DNA of 64,000 nucleotides, taken from assembly GCA_964016885.1 (NCBI GenBank), contig OZ024743.1, positions 229,710,001-229,774,000 on the forward strand, given 5' to 3'. Made by a program: the position numbers and the translations under genes. The DNA comes from Eledone cirrhosa. Taxonomy: Eukaryota. This document shows positions 11,736 to 25,589 of the stretch, piece by piece; position 1 is the first letter of the stretch, and each line of letters opens with the position of its first letter. A model generated the notes under the pieces. The model worked only from the letters and a program-made list of their open reading frames with translations. It had not been told where the DNA came from and did no database searches.

Positions 11736-12309
11736 GCTACAACAACAATTAATTTATATCAACGACAAAGATGAAAGGATAAGTTTGAAATGTCTAGATT
11801 TAATATATAGACCTTTTACCTTTCATTTTCACCACTAGTCTACACCAGATATTAGAGAAATTCCAAATTTCGATAATGGTGCAATGATGTCTTAGAGTAG
11901 ACGGAAACTAGACAGTGAAAATATGTCTGTGTTCACTATCACAGTTATGTTGTGACGTTTATTGAGGTGATGTACAGTGTCACGACAGATCAATTTTCAA
12001 TACGACAATAGACAGTTCAGACTGGCAATTATATCAGTATCTTATCAAAGTCAAACCCACACAGCAGAGACTGTCATATAAACACACACACGTTTACATG
12101 CACACACGCACAAACAGACACACACACACAAATACATATATATACACACACACACACATGCACACATATACATACACACACACACACTCTCTCTCTCTCT
12201 TTCAAACACACAAACACACACACACACACATACACACACGCGCTTGTGCACATACAGACACACACTAGAACGTCTATAATAAATGCAGAGAGAAATAGAA
12301 GACAAGCAA

Positions 12310-12345
<36 letters not shown>

Positions 12346-12619
12346 GCATATAAATAGAAACATAGTCAAGGTAAAGCATACACACCAGCACTCACACACA
12401 CACACACATATATATAAATATAGAGATGCACAGATAATTAAATATATACAGGTTCATATACTCACACATAAATTAACAGATAGACACGCTAAAGCACCAC
12501 ACACATACTTACACATGCTCACACCCATACATGTGTATGGACGTTATATATTCACAGAGAAGTAATTACGCAGACATACGGCCATTCCCGTATATATATA
12601 AATACACAGATACATTGTT

Positions 12620-12930
12620 GTTGGCGGTTCCGACGAGGTTTGTTCCAGTTGTCCGAATAACGAAACAGCCAGCTCGAGAATTTAATGTGCAAGTATCTGA
12701 GCATTCAGCAAATATGTGTGCTCTTTACGTAATTCTTAGAGCGATTCAGGTTGACTTATTGTGTGACATGCCTGGCTCTTTGAAATACAAGTGCAACTCA
12801 TTTCCAGCTGAGTTGACTTGAGCCGCATAAAATAGAGGGTCTTTCTCATGAAAGGAACGCGTCAACTGCTTCGGTAATCGAACTGACGACTTAAAGATTG
12901 TGAATCCAAATCTTTAAACACTACATCGCG
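12620..12930 (-). mobile_element. Degenerate SINE-like interspersed repeat
   Basis: Similar by eye to degenerate copies near 48350-48570, 49000-49220 and 61000-61260. Confidence 0.45.
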
Positions 12931-14143
12931 CTACTTCCCTATACAGATACATAGAATAAGCACACACACATACACACACTAACATACAAATACACAATTA
13001 CATAGACAAAAAAAAAAACATTAAAAAAACACACACACCACACAGCGAAACAAAAATATATAAATACACAATTTCATATACAACTAAATGCATACATACA
13101 TACATGCATGCAGCCATATATACACATGCACTAAAATATGCATACACACATACTTACACATTAGTACTTACAACATAACACAATTAGTCAGATGATTGTC
13201 AAAGATTCCTTCACTAATATACTTGAACCTATGGCGCACAGACCTGCTGTCTCCTCTTTCTACTTATTAAATCGCTATTAAAACATTTTTATCTCCCCTT
13301 AACCAAATGGCTGTATGTCACTTCGATCCTGATTCACAAGTTACACACATTTCTTTACATTGCATCACTAATACTGTCTTACTCACCATCACTCCGTACA
13401 TTAACCAATTTACCTATCCTTACTTCCAAGAATGTCTATCCACCGGAGTCCCTTCCTTACTCACGTTTGTTTATTCCTGCAGAGCTTGACATAGAGATCT
13501 AAGTTCGAGCTCAACCTCAACTACATAAATTCTAGCAGTCTCTTGCGACCTTCCAAGGTTGCGGGACCTGCGCCTTCCTGGTGACTAAATTTTACAGCTT
13601 ACGCATATTCAGGTTTAGCTGGCCTTTTACGATGTTGCCCTTCATAGGGGGTTTCTCGTGATTTTAGTAATAGGCAGTCGTAATCCAATCATGAAAATAA
13701 ACATGAAATGAAGTGCCTTACTCAAGAACACTACGTGCTACCCGATCAAGAAGTCGAACACACAACACCCTAATCATAAGACTACGCACCTTCACCCTAC
13801 AACCTAAGACTTGAGAAGTATCTCCTCTTGATGCAACAATGCACAGAAGAAATATCATGTAGAAAACGAAGATTTCGTTACTGGAGTCATTGGGAACTTA
13901 AGTCGTTGACGCATGCTTTGCTAACGAAGGCTTTCTTTAGCCAAACTGTAAGATCACAATATTTGTCGCGATAAAGTAACAACAATCACAACATAAACAA
14001 CTACCACCACCATTTTCCCCACCACCACCACCATCATTACTACTAATAATTATACTACTAGTATCATTGCTGCCACCTTCACCCCAGCGTCCACCACCAC
14101 TACTACCACCACGACCATGACCACGACCACGACAACCACCACC

Positions 14144-14189
<46 letters not shown>

Positions 14190-14559
14190 GCACCACCACT
14201 ACATCACGATCAAAAACGAAGGCGCTTCTTATTTTATGGAATCCTAGTCGGTCTCCGCAATCTTTCCGAAGTGTGCACCAGAGGCTATACTATGAAGATA
14301 ATAGCCGCACTAACCCCCCTCCTTCCTAATGACACTTTGTGGTCTTCATGAGGGTGTAAACAGTTGGACAGTTGACCACGTGTGAAAACAAAATGGCCGA
14401 GAAGCTATTTCATGGCTGTCACTCTGGTTACGTGGTGTTGGAGGTGTGGGTGCAGGAAAACGTAGTCTATTTTTCGATTTAATCAAACGTAGCTGATAAC
14501 TTTTACTGGTCAAATCGAGTTTACTCACTTAATTGAGCAGGATAATAATGATGTTGAAG

Positions 14560-15670
14560 TATTGGTGGTGGTGGTGGTGGTGGCGGTGATGGTGGTTATG
14601 GTGGTGGTGAAGGTGGTGGTGGTGGTGGTGATGGTGGTAGTGGTGGTAATGTTAGTGGTGGTGGTGGTGGTGACATTGGTAGTGGTGGTTGTTGGGATTT
14701 GGTGGTTGTGGGGGTTGTGGTGGTATTGGTGGCGGTAGTGGTGGTGGGGGTGGCGGAGTTGGTGGTAATGCTGATGGTAGTGGTGGTAGTTGTTGGGATT
14801 TGGTGGTGGTGATGGTGGTGGTGGTGGTGGTGGTGGTGGTGACATTGGTCGTGGTGGTAGTGTTGGTTGAGGAGGTAGTGGCGGCGGTGACGGTGTCATT
14901 GTAATTTTTGGGGATATGTGGAGGAGTTGGAGTTGTTGGTAATATGTCGGTGTTGTTCTTGTTGGGAAGGGTGTTGTTGTTGCTATTCTTGAGGTAATGT
15001 TATTGGATTTGATGTCGTTTTTCCTTTGATTATTGTCATATATTTGTGTGCGTTTGTGTGCGCATGTGTGTATGCCTGCATATGTGTGTATGCGTGGGTG
15101 AGACCTATCTGCAGGACATTTACCCAATTGTTTCCATGGTATCATATGGTCGAGATTGAGAAAAGAAACACGCTGATGCTGATGATGATGATGATCGTTA
15201 GAGTGATGATGGAGTGGAAGACGATGCTGTTAACGATTAGAGAGCTTCTGCTGTTGATGATAATGATGATGATGATGATGATGGCAGTAGTCATGAAGTT
15301 GATGACGATTATGACGTTGAGATTGATAGTGGTGATGATTCCAACCATGGTGATTATACGGTTGTGTTTATGATGATGATGGTGTGATGCTTGAAATGAT
15401 GATGATGGTGGTAATGAGAGTGATGATGGTAATGATGGTGATAGTGACAGTGATGAGGGTGTTAATGATGGTGATGATGTGATGGTGGTGATGATGGCGA
15501 TGATGCTAATGATGGTAATGATGTTGGTGATGGTAATGATGTGATGGTAGTAATGATGTGATGGTGGAAATGTTGTTATTGGTGGTGGTAATGATCTGAT
15601 GATGATATTAATGATCTCATGATGGTAAAGTTGTTATGGTAATGACAATGATGATGTGATGATGATAGCG
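14560..15670. repeat. Degenerate (GGT)n/(GAT)n low-complexity tracts
   Basis: Direct reading of the sequence. Confidence 0.85.
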
Positions 15671-15899
15671 ATAACAATAATAAACCGGAAGAAGGTGAAG
15701 GGCCAAATTGAACATTGGGATAAACTTAAAACCTGAAGAACGCCATCACTAACGATAGCAGCAGCTATTAAAGTAACAGAAAACAATAGGAGTAGCAAAA
15801 CAGACGAAAAACAACGGTAAAAATTACAGTGAGAGCCGACACAATAACAACAACAACAATGGCAACAACAAAGACTGCAAAATAAAAAAAGACCGATGA

Positions 15900-18510
15900 C
15901 GCGACACCACCACCACCAACAACACCACCAACACCAACAACCACCACCAACAACACCACCAACACCAACAATCACCACCAACAACAACAACCACCAACAA
16001 CAACCACCACCAACAATACCACCAACAACAACAACCACCAGCAACAACCACCAACAACAACACCAACAACAACAACCACCTCCAACAACAACAACCACCA
16101 CCAACAACACCACCACCAACAACAATCACCACCAACAACAATCACCACCAACAACAACAACCACCACCAACAACAACAAACACCAACAACAACAACACCA
16201 ACAACAACAACCACCAACAACAACAACAACCACCAACAACAATCACCACCAACAACAACAACCACCACCAACAACAACAAACACCAACAACAACAACACC
16301 AACAACAACAACCACCAACAACAACAACAACCACCAACAACAATCACCACCAACAACACCACCACCACCAACAACAACCACCACCAACAACAAACACCAA
16401 CAACAACAACACCAACAACAACAACCACCACCACCAGCAACAATCACCAACAAAAAACCACTACCAACAACACCACCAACAACAACAACCACCAAAAACA
16501 ATCACCACCAACAACACCACCACCAACAACAACAACCACCAACAACAAACACCAACAACAACAACAGCACCAACAACAACAACACCAACAACAATCACCA
16601 CCAACAACAATCACCACCAACAACAATCACTACCAACAACACCACCACCAACAACACCACCACCAACAACAATCACCACCAACAACACCACCACCAACAA
16701 CAACCACTACCAATAACACCACCACCAACAACAATCACCACCAACAACAACAACCACCAACAACAACCACTACCAACAACCACCACCAACAACACCACTA
16801 CCAACAACAACCACCAACAACAACCACCACCAACAATACCACCAACAACAACAACCACCAGCAACAACCACCAACAACAACACCAACAACAACAACCACC
16901 TCCAACAACAACAACCACCACCAACAACACCACCACCAACAAAAATCACCACCAACAACAATCACCACCAACAACAACAACCACCACCAACAACAACAAA
17001 CACCAACAACAACAACACCAACAACAACCACCACCAACAACAACAACCACCAACAACAATCACCACCAACAACAATCACCACCAACAACAACAACCACCA
17101 ACAACAACAAACACCAACAACAACAACACCAACAACAACCACCAACAACAACAACAACCACCAACAACAATCACCACCAACAACAACAACCACCAACAAC
17201 AACAAACACCAACAACAACAACACCAACAACAACAACCACCACCAACAACAACAACCACCAACAACAATCACCACCAACAACACCACCACCAACAACAAC
17301 CACCACCAACAACAAACACCAACAACAACAACACCAACAACAACAACTACCACCAACAGCAACAATCACCAACAAAAAACCACTACCAACAACACCACCA
17401 ACAACAACAACCACCAACAACAATCACCACCAACAAAACCACCACCACCAACAACAACCACCAACAACAAACACCAACAACAACAACACCACCAACAACA
17501 ACAACACCAACAACAACCACCACCAACAACACCACCACCAACAACAATCACTACCAACAACACCACCACCAACAACACCACCACCAACAACAATTACCAC
17601 CAACAACACCACTACCAACAACACCGCCACCAACAACAGTCACCACCAACAACAACCACCACCAACAGCCACCATCGACAACAACCACCACCAACAACAC
17701 CACCACCAACAACAACCACCACCAACAACAACACCAACAACAATCACCACCAACAACAACCACCACCAACAACACCACCACCAACAACAATCACCACCAA
17801 CAACAAAAACCACCAACAACAACCACCACCAACAACACCACCACCACCAACAACACCACCACAAACAACAACCACTACCAACAACAACCACCACCACCAA
17901 CAACACCACCACCAACAACAACCACTACCAACAACAACCACTACCAACAACCACCACCAACAACACCACCACCACCAACACCACCACCAACAACAATCAC
18001 CACCAACAACAACAAACACCAACAACACCACCACCAACAACAACCACCAACAACACAACCACCAACAACAACCACCACCAACAACAATCACCACCAACAA
18101 CAACCACCACCAACAACAATCACCACCAACAACAATCACCACCAACAACAATCACCACCAACAACAACAACCACCAACAACACCACCACCAACAACAATC
18201 ACCACCAACAACAACCACCACCAACAACACCACCAACAACAACCACTAACAACAACCACTACCAACAACCACCACCAACAACAACAACAACACCGACAAC
18301 CACCACCACCAACAACAACCACCACCAACAACACCACTACCAACAACAACCACCAACAACAGCCACCGACAACAACAACACCAATAACAACAACAACCAC
18401 CAACAACAACAACCACCAACAACAACCACCACCAACAACACTCACCACCAACAACAATCACCACCAACAACAACTACCACCAACAACACCACCACCAACA
18501 ACAACCAAAC
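15900..18510. repeat. 2.6-kb degenerate (CAA)n/(CAC)n array with internal block duplications
   Basis: Almost entirely C and A; blocks such as caaaaaaccactaccaacaac recur; source of the 907-aa ORF. Confidence 0.9.
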
Positions 18511-18951
18511 TGTAAAGACTATGCACATTTCAGTAGCCAGGCTGCGTAAGAACCCGGTGAACTCATCAGGTGTAAACTGCATAATAGATGTATACCAACG
18601 GTATGATGGTAAGCTTTAAAGAAACAAGCAAATAAAAACAAAGAGGAAATAGTGTTTGCTATGCTTTTGATCCAGAGATGGACGTAGTAAGATGCTCCCA
18701 TATAGCTCGCCCGACTCTGCGTCTCTGAACTGTGGATAGTGTTTACAGTAATAAAAAAAGTTAAGGAAATTTAACATAATTGGCTCCTGCTATTTCACTT
18801 TATAATACATTTACTCCGTTCCCGCACCACCAACATGATTCAACATTGAGGATCCATGACTTGCATAACGTCGAGTGCTTTTGCAATATTACGTCAAGTT
18901 TAACATTGCAGAATGACCAATTCTACCTAGTGCTAAACCACCAAATTTAAA

Positions 18952-19074
<123 letters not shown>

Positions 19075-19135
19075 ATGCATATATTTATGCATACATCATG
19101 CATTCAGATATATCGCACACACAGACACACACACA

Positions 19136-19258
<123 letters not shown>

Positions 19259-19514
19259 TTATATATATATATATATATATGTATATATGCATCAGTGGCG
19301 AAGGGTAACCTGGAAAGCAGGGCATGCAGTCCAATCACCATGGCGAAAAGTGGGGTTATGCAGCATTACCCCCCCCCCCTAATTCCCTCTAAATGACCCT
19401 CCCGGTCAAAGCCGCATGTAGTGTTATCTAGTGTGTGTGTGTGTGTGTTATCTTTTTATGTGTCTACGATTTAGTAAGCAGTCAAAATTCTGCTTGCCCC
19501 TAAGCTGTCGTGTG

Positions 19515-19574
<60 letters not shown>

Positions 19575-19704
19575 TTATCTTTTTATGTGTCTATACGTTA
19601 TAGTAAGCAGCCAGAATTGTGCTTGCTTCAACCGACGCAATTGATCAACTCAAGATTCTATAACTCATGCACTGCATGCGTTGCATGCATGGACCCTTCG
19701 CCCT

Positions 19705-19767
<63 letters not shown>

Positions 19768-21234
19768 TACACACACACATATATATATACATATATATAC
19801 GTGTATATATTATATATATATGTATACATATAATGCTAACAAAAACAATAAAAATAAAATTCACATTTAACAATGACGTTAACAAGCAAAAACAAGATCT
19901 ATTTTTTTGTCTCTGCCTTTCATCTTTTATTAATTGATGTTTTACGCTCATAATGTCGTATGTGGTGACAGGAAGTCTACAGAGAAACTATTAATCCATT
20001 CTGATGTTCTTTAGTTCTTTATTTCTCTACCTACTTCTCATTCTTCTTGTTTCCAAAGAGTTCTCTTCATCAAATACAACCCCGTCTCTCTCTCACACAC
20101 ACACAGACAGACACACAGACTCAGACACACACTGTTATGTCTTTATCAAGTTGGTATAAAAATAATTGCGATTTTTAACCATCAAAGTTAAAGCAATATA
20201 TATCAGCTTAAGATAAATTTTATTAAATTTAATAATAAACCTACCACGAGAATCTGTACAGGTTTATGTCTAAAGGAACCAAGTTTATTAACACTGGCAG
20301 CTCAGAATTGTGGACTCCTAGAACCGAAGGTATTTTAAGTTGTTGCTTGTTGAAGATCTTTTGCAAGTAGTTATTTGGATAGAGCCTCTGGTGAGCCAGG
20401 TGTATGAGGTAGAGAGTGAAATAGTTTGACTTCATATTTTGGCCTATCCAATACGCAGTTCTATAATCTTGTTAAGAACATGGCCATCACACTCTGAAAT
20501 TGTTTCTCCAATATATAAAGTCCACTCAATATATTTATATCAACTCCTAAATATTCTGTCATTTAATTATTGTCTTACCAAATCACACGAAACTACCCCT
20601 CGTTGTATGATTTACAGCTGTTTACTTTGTTTGTTGTATTACTAAATATTCAAAGACAAATATTCTTACTCATTAGGACTAAGCTTTATAGTGAAAATAA
20701 GAAACAGGTGAACTGTTTAGCAAAAGCATTTGAAATTCTACAAGGACCCTCTAATCAACATACGTACAAAAATGTATTATATCTATACCCTAGCCAAAAT
20801 AAACAGCCACGATAGCGAAACCGATATGTACCAATACTTCTCCCGTTTTAAAGCCTAAATGCTCACAACCAAAACACTCAACCTACACACTACAAAATAG
20901 TCCCATGAAATCCCTGATTTTTACCCATTAGCTGGCAAATGAACATCTTACATAGGTTATACTTCCTTCAATAACGGTTAACTCTACCTCCTCCCCCACT
21001 CATTATTATCCATATCCTCCGAAAACAACATACTGAATTCTCATCCTGTGTCTTTCTATTGTGTTTTCATATTTACTCTAATCACAGTTTATCATATAAA
21101 CATGTATATATCACAATACTTGTCATATTTTCCACCTATTTTCTTGGCAATGTTTCCATTTACCTATCACGTATCTTTTCTATATTTCCCATATATCATA
21201 CATGTATCAATATCGTAATATCCTTCAAAGATTA

Positions 21235-21238
<4 letters not shown>

Positions 21239-21265
<27 letters not shown>

Positions 21266-21880
21266 CTTCTTCTTCTTCTTCTTCTTCTTCTTCGAAGGGT
21301 CGTGGGAGCAGAGTCCTCAAACACTCCTTCCAGCGAGTCCTATCAGAAAGAACCTACTCCAAGAATCAGGCTGGATACCCAAGCGAGATACCCAGCCAAG
21401 ATCTTACTCGGGGTCTACCCCTGGGTCTCCTGTCGGTTGGTTTTGCCCGTAAAATCTGTCCAGCTATTCTTTCCTTAGACATTCTAACCACACACCCATA
21501 GTATCGGAGCTGTGATCTCTCAATTCGGAGAAGTAGCGGCTCTAACTGGAGTAATTCCCTGATCTCCGAGCTATGCATATTTTAGAGTAATGTTACTCCA
21601 AAGACCCTTTTGACGAACATCATTTCGGCCTCTTGTTTTCGTGGTCGTATACTTTGGGTCATTACCCAAGATTCGTGACCATAGGTAAGGGTTGGCACCA
21701 ATATCGAATTGAAAATAGCGAGTCAGGCTTTTACACCCAGCTCTCTTCTTCTGAATACTGAAAGCTGAAGCTGGCGCATTACTGAACCAGTCCGGCAGTT
21801 CTTGCACTTAACTCAGCTTCATGCCTTTCATCACTCGTGAACACGGCTCCGAGATAGTTGAACTTCTCTACCTGCTTCCG
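21239..21880 (-). mobile_element. 5'-truncated RTE-clade LINE 3' end with (GAA)n tail
   Basis: QVEKFNYLG...PTLTYGHESW...EPLLLRIERSQLRYYG...RPRGRPR. (GAA)n tail at 21239-21293; candidate TSD agattaactt (21229) / agataaactt (21881). Confidence 0.85.
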
Positions 21881-23279
21881 AGATAAACTTAATTTCATTA
21901 AATTATTTCATTGTGTGATTTTTTTTGTATTATTATATGTCCACACTCTTCGAATTTTATAAGAACCAGCTCATCTTTATAAATACCCATCTACACCTCC
22001 TGTATCATAAATAAATATTTCTCTCCATTCAATGACAGGTCTTCGCCTTTGTTGATATTTTTGTCTATTTATTAACAAGTTTCACTATTTCAAATCATTT
22101 ATTTTGTTTTTATTATGTGCCATGAGTTTTTTTTTTCATTTCCAGCATTTATTTTATTTCAATATGCATTCTTTACCAATATGTTCCACTAAGTTTGAAT
22201 AAGTTTGAATAATTTATATATTTTCATCCTTTTATCAAATAATAAATTCACTATATTCTGGTGCATTTTAAACATTTTATTATACAGGATAGTTATCGCT
22301 TTTTAACTCTTATTTTTAACTGCACACAAAACAACATTAGCAGGGACATTCTTTAAAGGTATAAAACAGTACTAATATTGTATCACATTAAACATTCAAG
22401 TTTACTCTAATATTGCAATATTCCACAACTGCCCAGTAGTAAAAACACTGAAAATAATTGAATTAGATAAATCAGTTTCATTTCAAATATTTTACTAAAT
22501 TTTTACTGGATGATTTCATCGTACTTTCCACACGTCTTGCATGGTGGGATTGTTAAACACTTTATGATGTAATGGTGGTAGTATCTGGGTGACAAATTCA
22601 GGATTTTTGCAGCGAAAAATATGTACCCGGGACGATATGATCGGCATTAGGCTGTAGTCTAATATCTGAAACAAGTAAGAGAATTATAAAATAAGAAAAA
22701 TGTTAGGGATATAATCTGTAAACATATAATAAAAATAAATAAAACTAAACCAAGTAAAATATTACAAAAAAACAAAAAAATGGCAGCCGTCACCCTTCAT
22801 AGCAACACAATTTAATATGTAGAACGAGAGGTTTGACTTTCTGACCCTTAAACATCCATTCTCCCCTTAAGCCGAACGGGTTTTCTTTACCGCAAAACAC
22901 TAATTTTTAGCCCGCCACTCTATTTATTATGGTGGTGTGGTGAATGGTGGTGCTGGCGTTGGTGGAAGAGGTATATAATGTCATAGTCATGTCACACCCT
23001 CATTATTTTCAGATTTTCTGGTCAGAGAAGATAGAGGAGGCAGAAAGAATGTGAATATGTGTGAGATACAGATAGAGAGGGGGAGCACAAAGATAGTGAG
23101 AAAGATAATACAGAGAAATTTACTCACGGACCCCAACACAAAACACACACACATACACACACACACATCTACGCGCGCGCGCGCGCACGCACACACATTA
23201 AATTTGCATATAGAAAAAGTAATACAAGGGACAGTGATCTAAAGCATCCCTCTAACTCTCTCCCCGCCTTTCCCTCTCC

Positions 23280-23333
<54 letters not shown>

Positions 23334-23452
23334 AATTTGTTTGTATAGTAGAAATTGTCCTCCTGTCGGACTGTAATTATTCTATGTAAACAATTTAAAG
23401 TGACCAGCGAAGTTTTCCAGTGGCACCACTTTTATTGTTCACCTACAAATAA

Positions 23453-25432
23453 CACCGTGTAACAAAAAAAAAATGTTATCTCTGTTCCTGGCTTGTAATC
23501 ACTTTTTTTTGTGTTGCTTAGGTCCCAAATAAATAAAAAAAGCGCTATTAAACAGTTAAAAGTTGGAGTTTGTAAAAATTCTAAGCTATTCACTAGAATT
23601 ATTTGTATGCTGGATTTTACGTTGTAAGTTTAATTTGCTTATGTTAAATGATTTTTTTTTATATATGTTTCAGGTTAAATTAAAATTATAAAATAAAGAA
23701 AATTATAAAAAGTGCAATAAAGTATAACATTGTTAAAAAGTGGATTAAAGAGATTTATTGATACTGGATTTTCGCACCCTGAATAAAGTGTAAGTTGTGT
23801 TTTAAGCACGAATTTTCATTAGTATGATGAGTGTTCTTTTATATTATTTAAATATGTATTTTCCTTTACAATATTTATTTTGTATTGCATATCAAATTTA
23901 TTTTCCAAGACAAGTATTATGATGAAGAGGAGGAGATGGATACTGAGGACTTGGATTATCTGCCTGAGGTACCAGAAAAAGTTCCTCACTTGCCAAACCA
24001 AAAAGAAATCAATGATTTGGTCAGGGATATGTGTCTGACCAAGTCCAATGCAGAGCTATTCGTCTCCAGGATGAAGCAGTGGAACTTGGTCAAGGAGGAA
24101 GTGCAGGTGACAAGTCAGAGAAGTCGACACGAACCTTTCTCAGGCTTTTACACTCTTAGGGATGGTCTCTGCTTCTCCCATGGCGTGCCTGGACTGTTTG
24201 ACGTTATTGGGGTGCCGTTTGTGCCCAAGGAGTGGCGGCTATTTATAGACAGCTCCACCACAAGTTTGAAGGCTGTCCTCCTCCACAATGGAAACAAGTT
24301 CCCGCCATTGCCCCTAGCTCATTCAGTCTGCCTGAAGGAAGATTACTACAGTGTGAAAGTCCTCTTGGAAGCTCTGCAATACAACCAGTACAATTGGGAA
24401 ATCATTGGAGACTTCAATATGGTGGCTTTCCTGCTTGGACTCCAAGGAGGCTTTATAACATTCCAATGCTTCCTCTGCCCTTGGGACAGCAAAGCCACCT
24501 CTGACCACTACAAAAGAAAGAACTGGGAGCAGCGAACAGAATTTGTAGTTGGGACCCGGAACGTCATGTGGGAGCCACTGGTTGATCCCAGGATTGTGCT
24601 CATGCCGCCACTGGACATTAAGTTGGGGTTGATAAAGCGGTTTGTGAAGGCTCTCAACCAAGAATCATCCGCTTTTAAGTACCTTCTTGAGTTCTTCCCC
24701 AAGTTATCTGAAGCCAAAATCAAAGGTGGAATTTTTGTTGGACCTCAGATATAGAAGGTATTTGAGTCTACCGAGTTCTCCAATAAGCTCAATAGGATTG
24801 AGAGAACAGCATGGAACTGTTTCAAGGCAGTTGTTAAGGGCTTCCTGGGAAACTACAGAGCTGAAAACTACCAGCAATTGGTGCAGGATCTGACAAAGGC
24901 TTTTGGCGCCATGGGATGAAGGATGTCGCTTAAACTCCATATGATGGACGCTCACCTGGAAAAATTCAAGGACAATATGGGCGTCTACTCAGAAGAACAA
25001 GGCGAACGATTCCACCAAGAGGTGAAAGAGATAGAGCGGAGGTACCAGGGCCACTACAATGAAAAAATGATGGGGAAATATATATGGGGGCTAGTGCGGG
25101 AATGCGACCTGGACTACAACCTCAAATCCAGGAAATCCAGTCATTTCTGACGTGTATAAGTTGCTTTATAAGTATTATGTTTTTACTTGTTTGCTTTTGA
25201 TAAGCTTGTGTAATAAAATAAATATATACTCTGTTGATTTAATTATATGAACTGATAAATTAAAAAAAAATATGTTTTTTCTTGAAAAATATGAAAATTT
25301 CGAAATATCAAACTCCTGACCACAAACCCAAACTTCTGATTAAATAATAGTGTTTTTTAAAAATAATAATGGGATATAACAAACCATGAAATGACACTTA
25401 GAACCGAGGAACAAAAAATATGTTACACCGTG
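23453..25432 (+). mobile_element. Chapaev3-like (CMC superfamily) DNA transposon, internally deleted
   Basis: Termini CACCGTGTAACA / TGTTACACCGTG with subterminal tgttcct motif; TWA flanks (TAA left, TTA right); transposase inside. Confidence 0.8.
23910..25150 (+). pseudogene. Chapaev3-type transposase with two in-frame stops
   Basis: EWRLFIDSSTTSLKAVLLHNGN...GDF...CFLCPWDS...PPLDIKLG...GPQI*...MG*RMSLKLH...SEEQGERFHQ, all in one frame. Stops are TAG 24752 and TGA 24917; no N-terminal zinc-binding region found. Confidence 0.85.
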
Positions 25433-25463
25433 TTATTTGCTTAAACTTTAATCTGTTATTTTA

Positions 25464-25589
<126 letters not shown>

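Noticed and set aside
13200-13520. Possible CR1/L2-like LINE 3' remnant
   Set aside because: Too degenerate to support by eye
15896-18619. 907-aa Q/T/N/H/P ORF and the overlapping minus-strand V/G/C/W ORFs
   Set aside because: A C/A-only repeat lacks stops by composition and shows no domain; only the last ~100 bp is unique
23453-23500. Recombination signal sequence (heptamer plus nonamer)
   Set aside because: The A-run starts 2 bp after the heptamer-like end, so there is no 12/23 spacing
23885-24754. Active or domesticated transposase gene
   Set aside because: Two nonsense codons, altered conserved residues and a missing N-terminus
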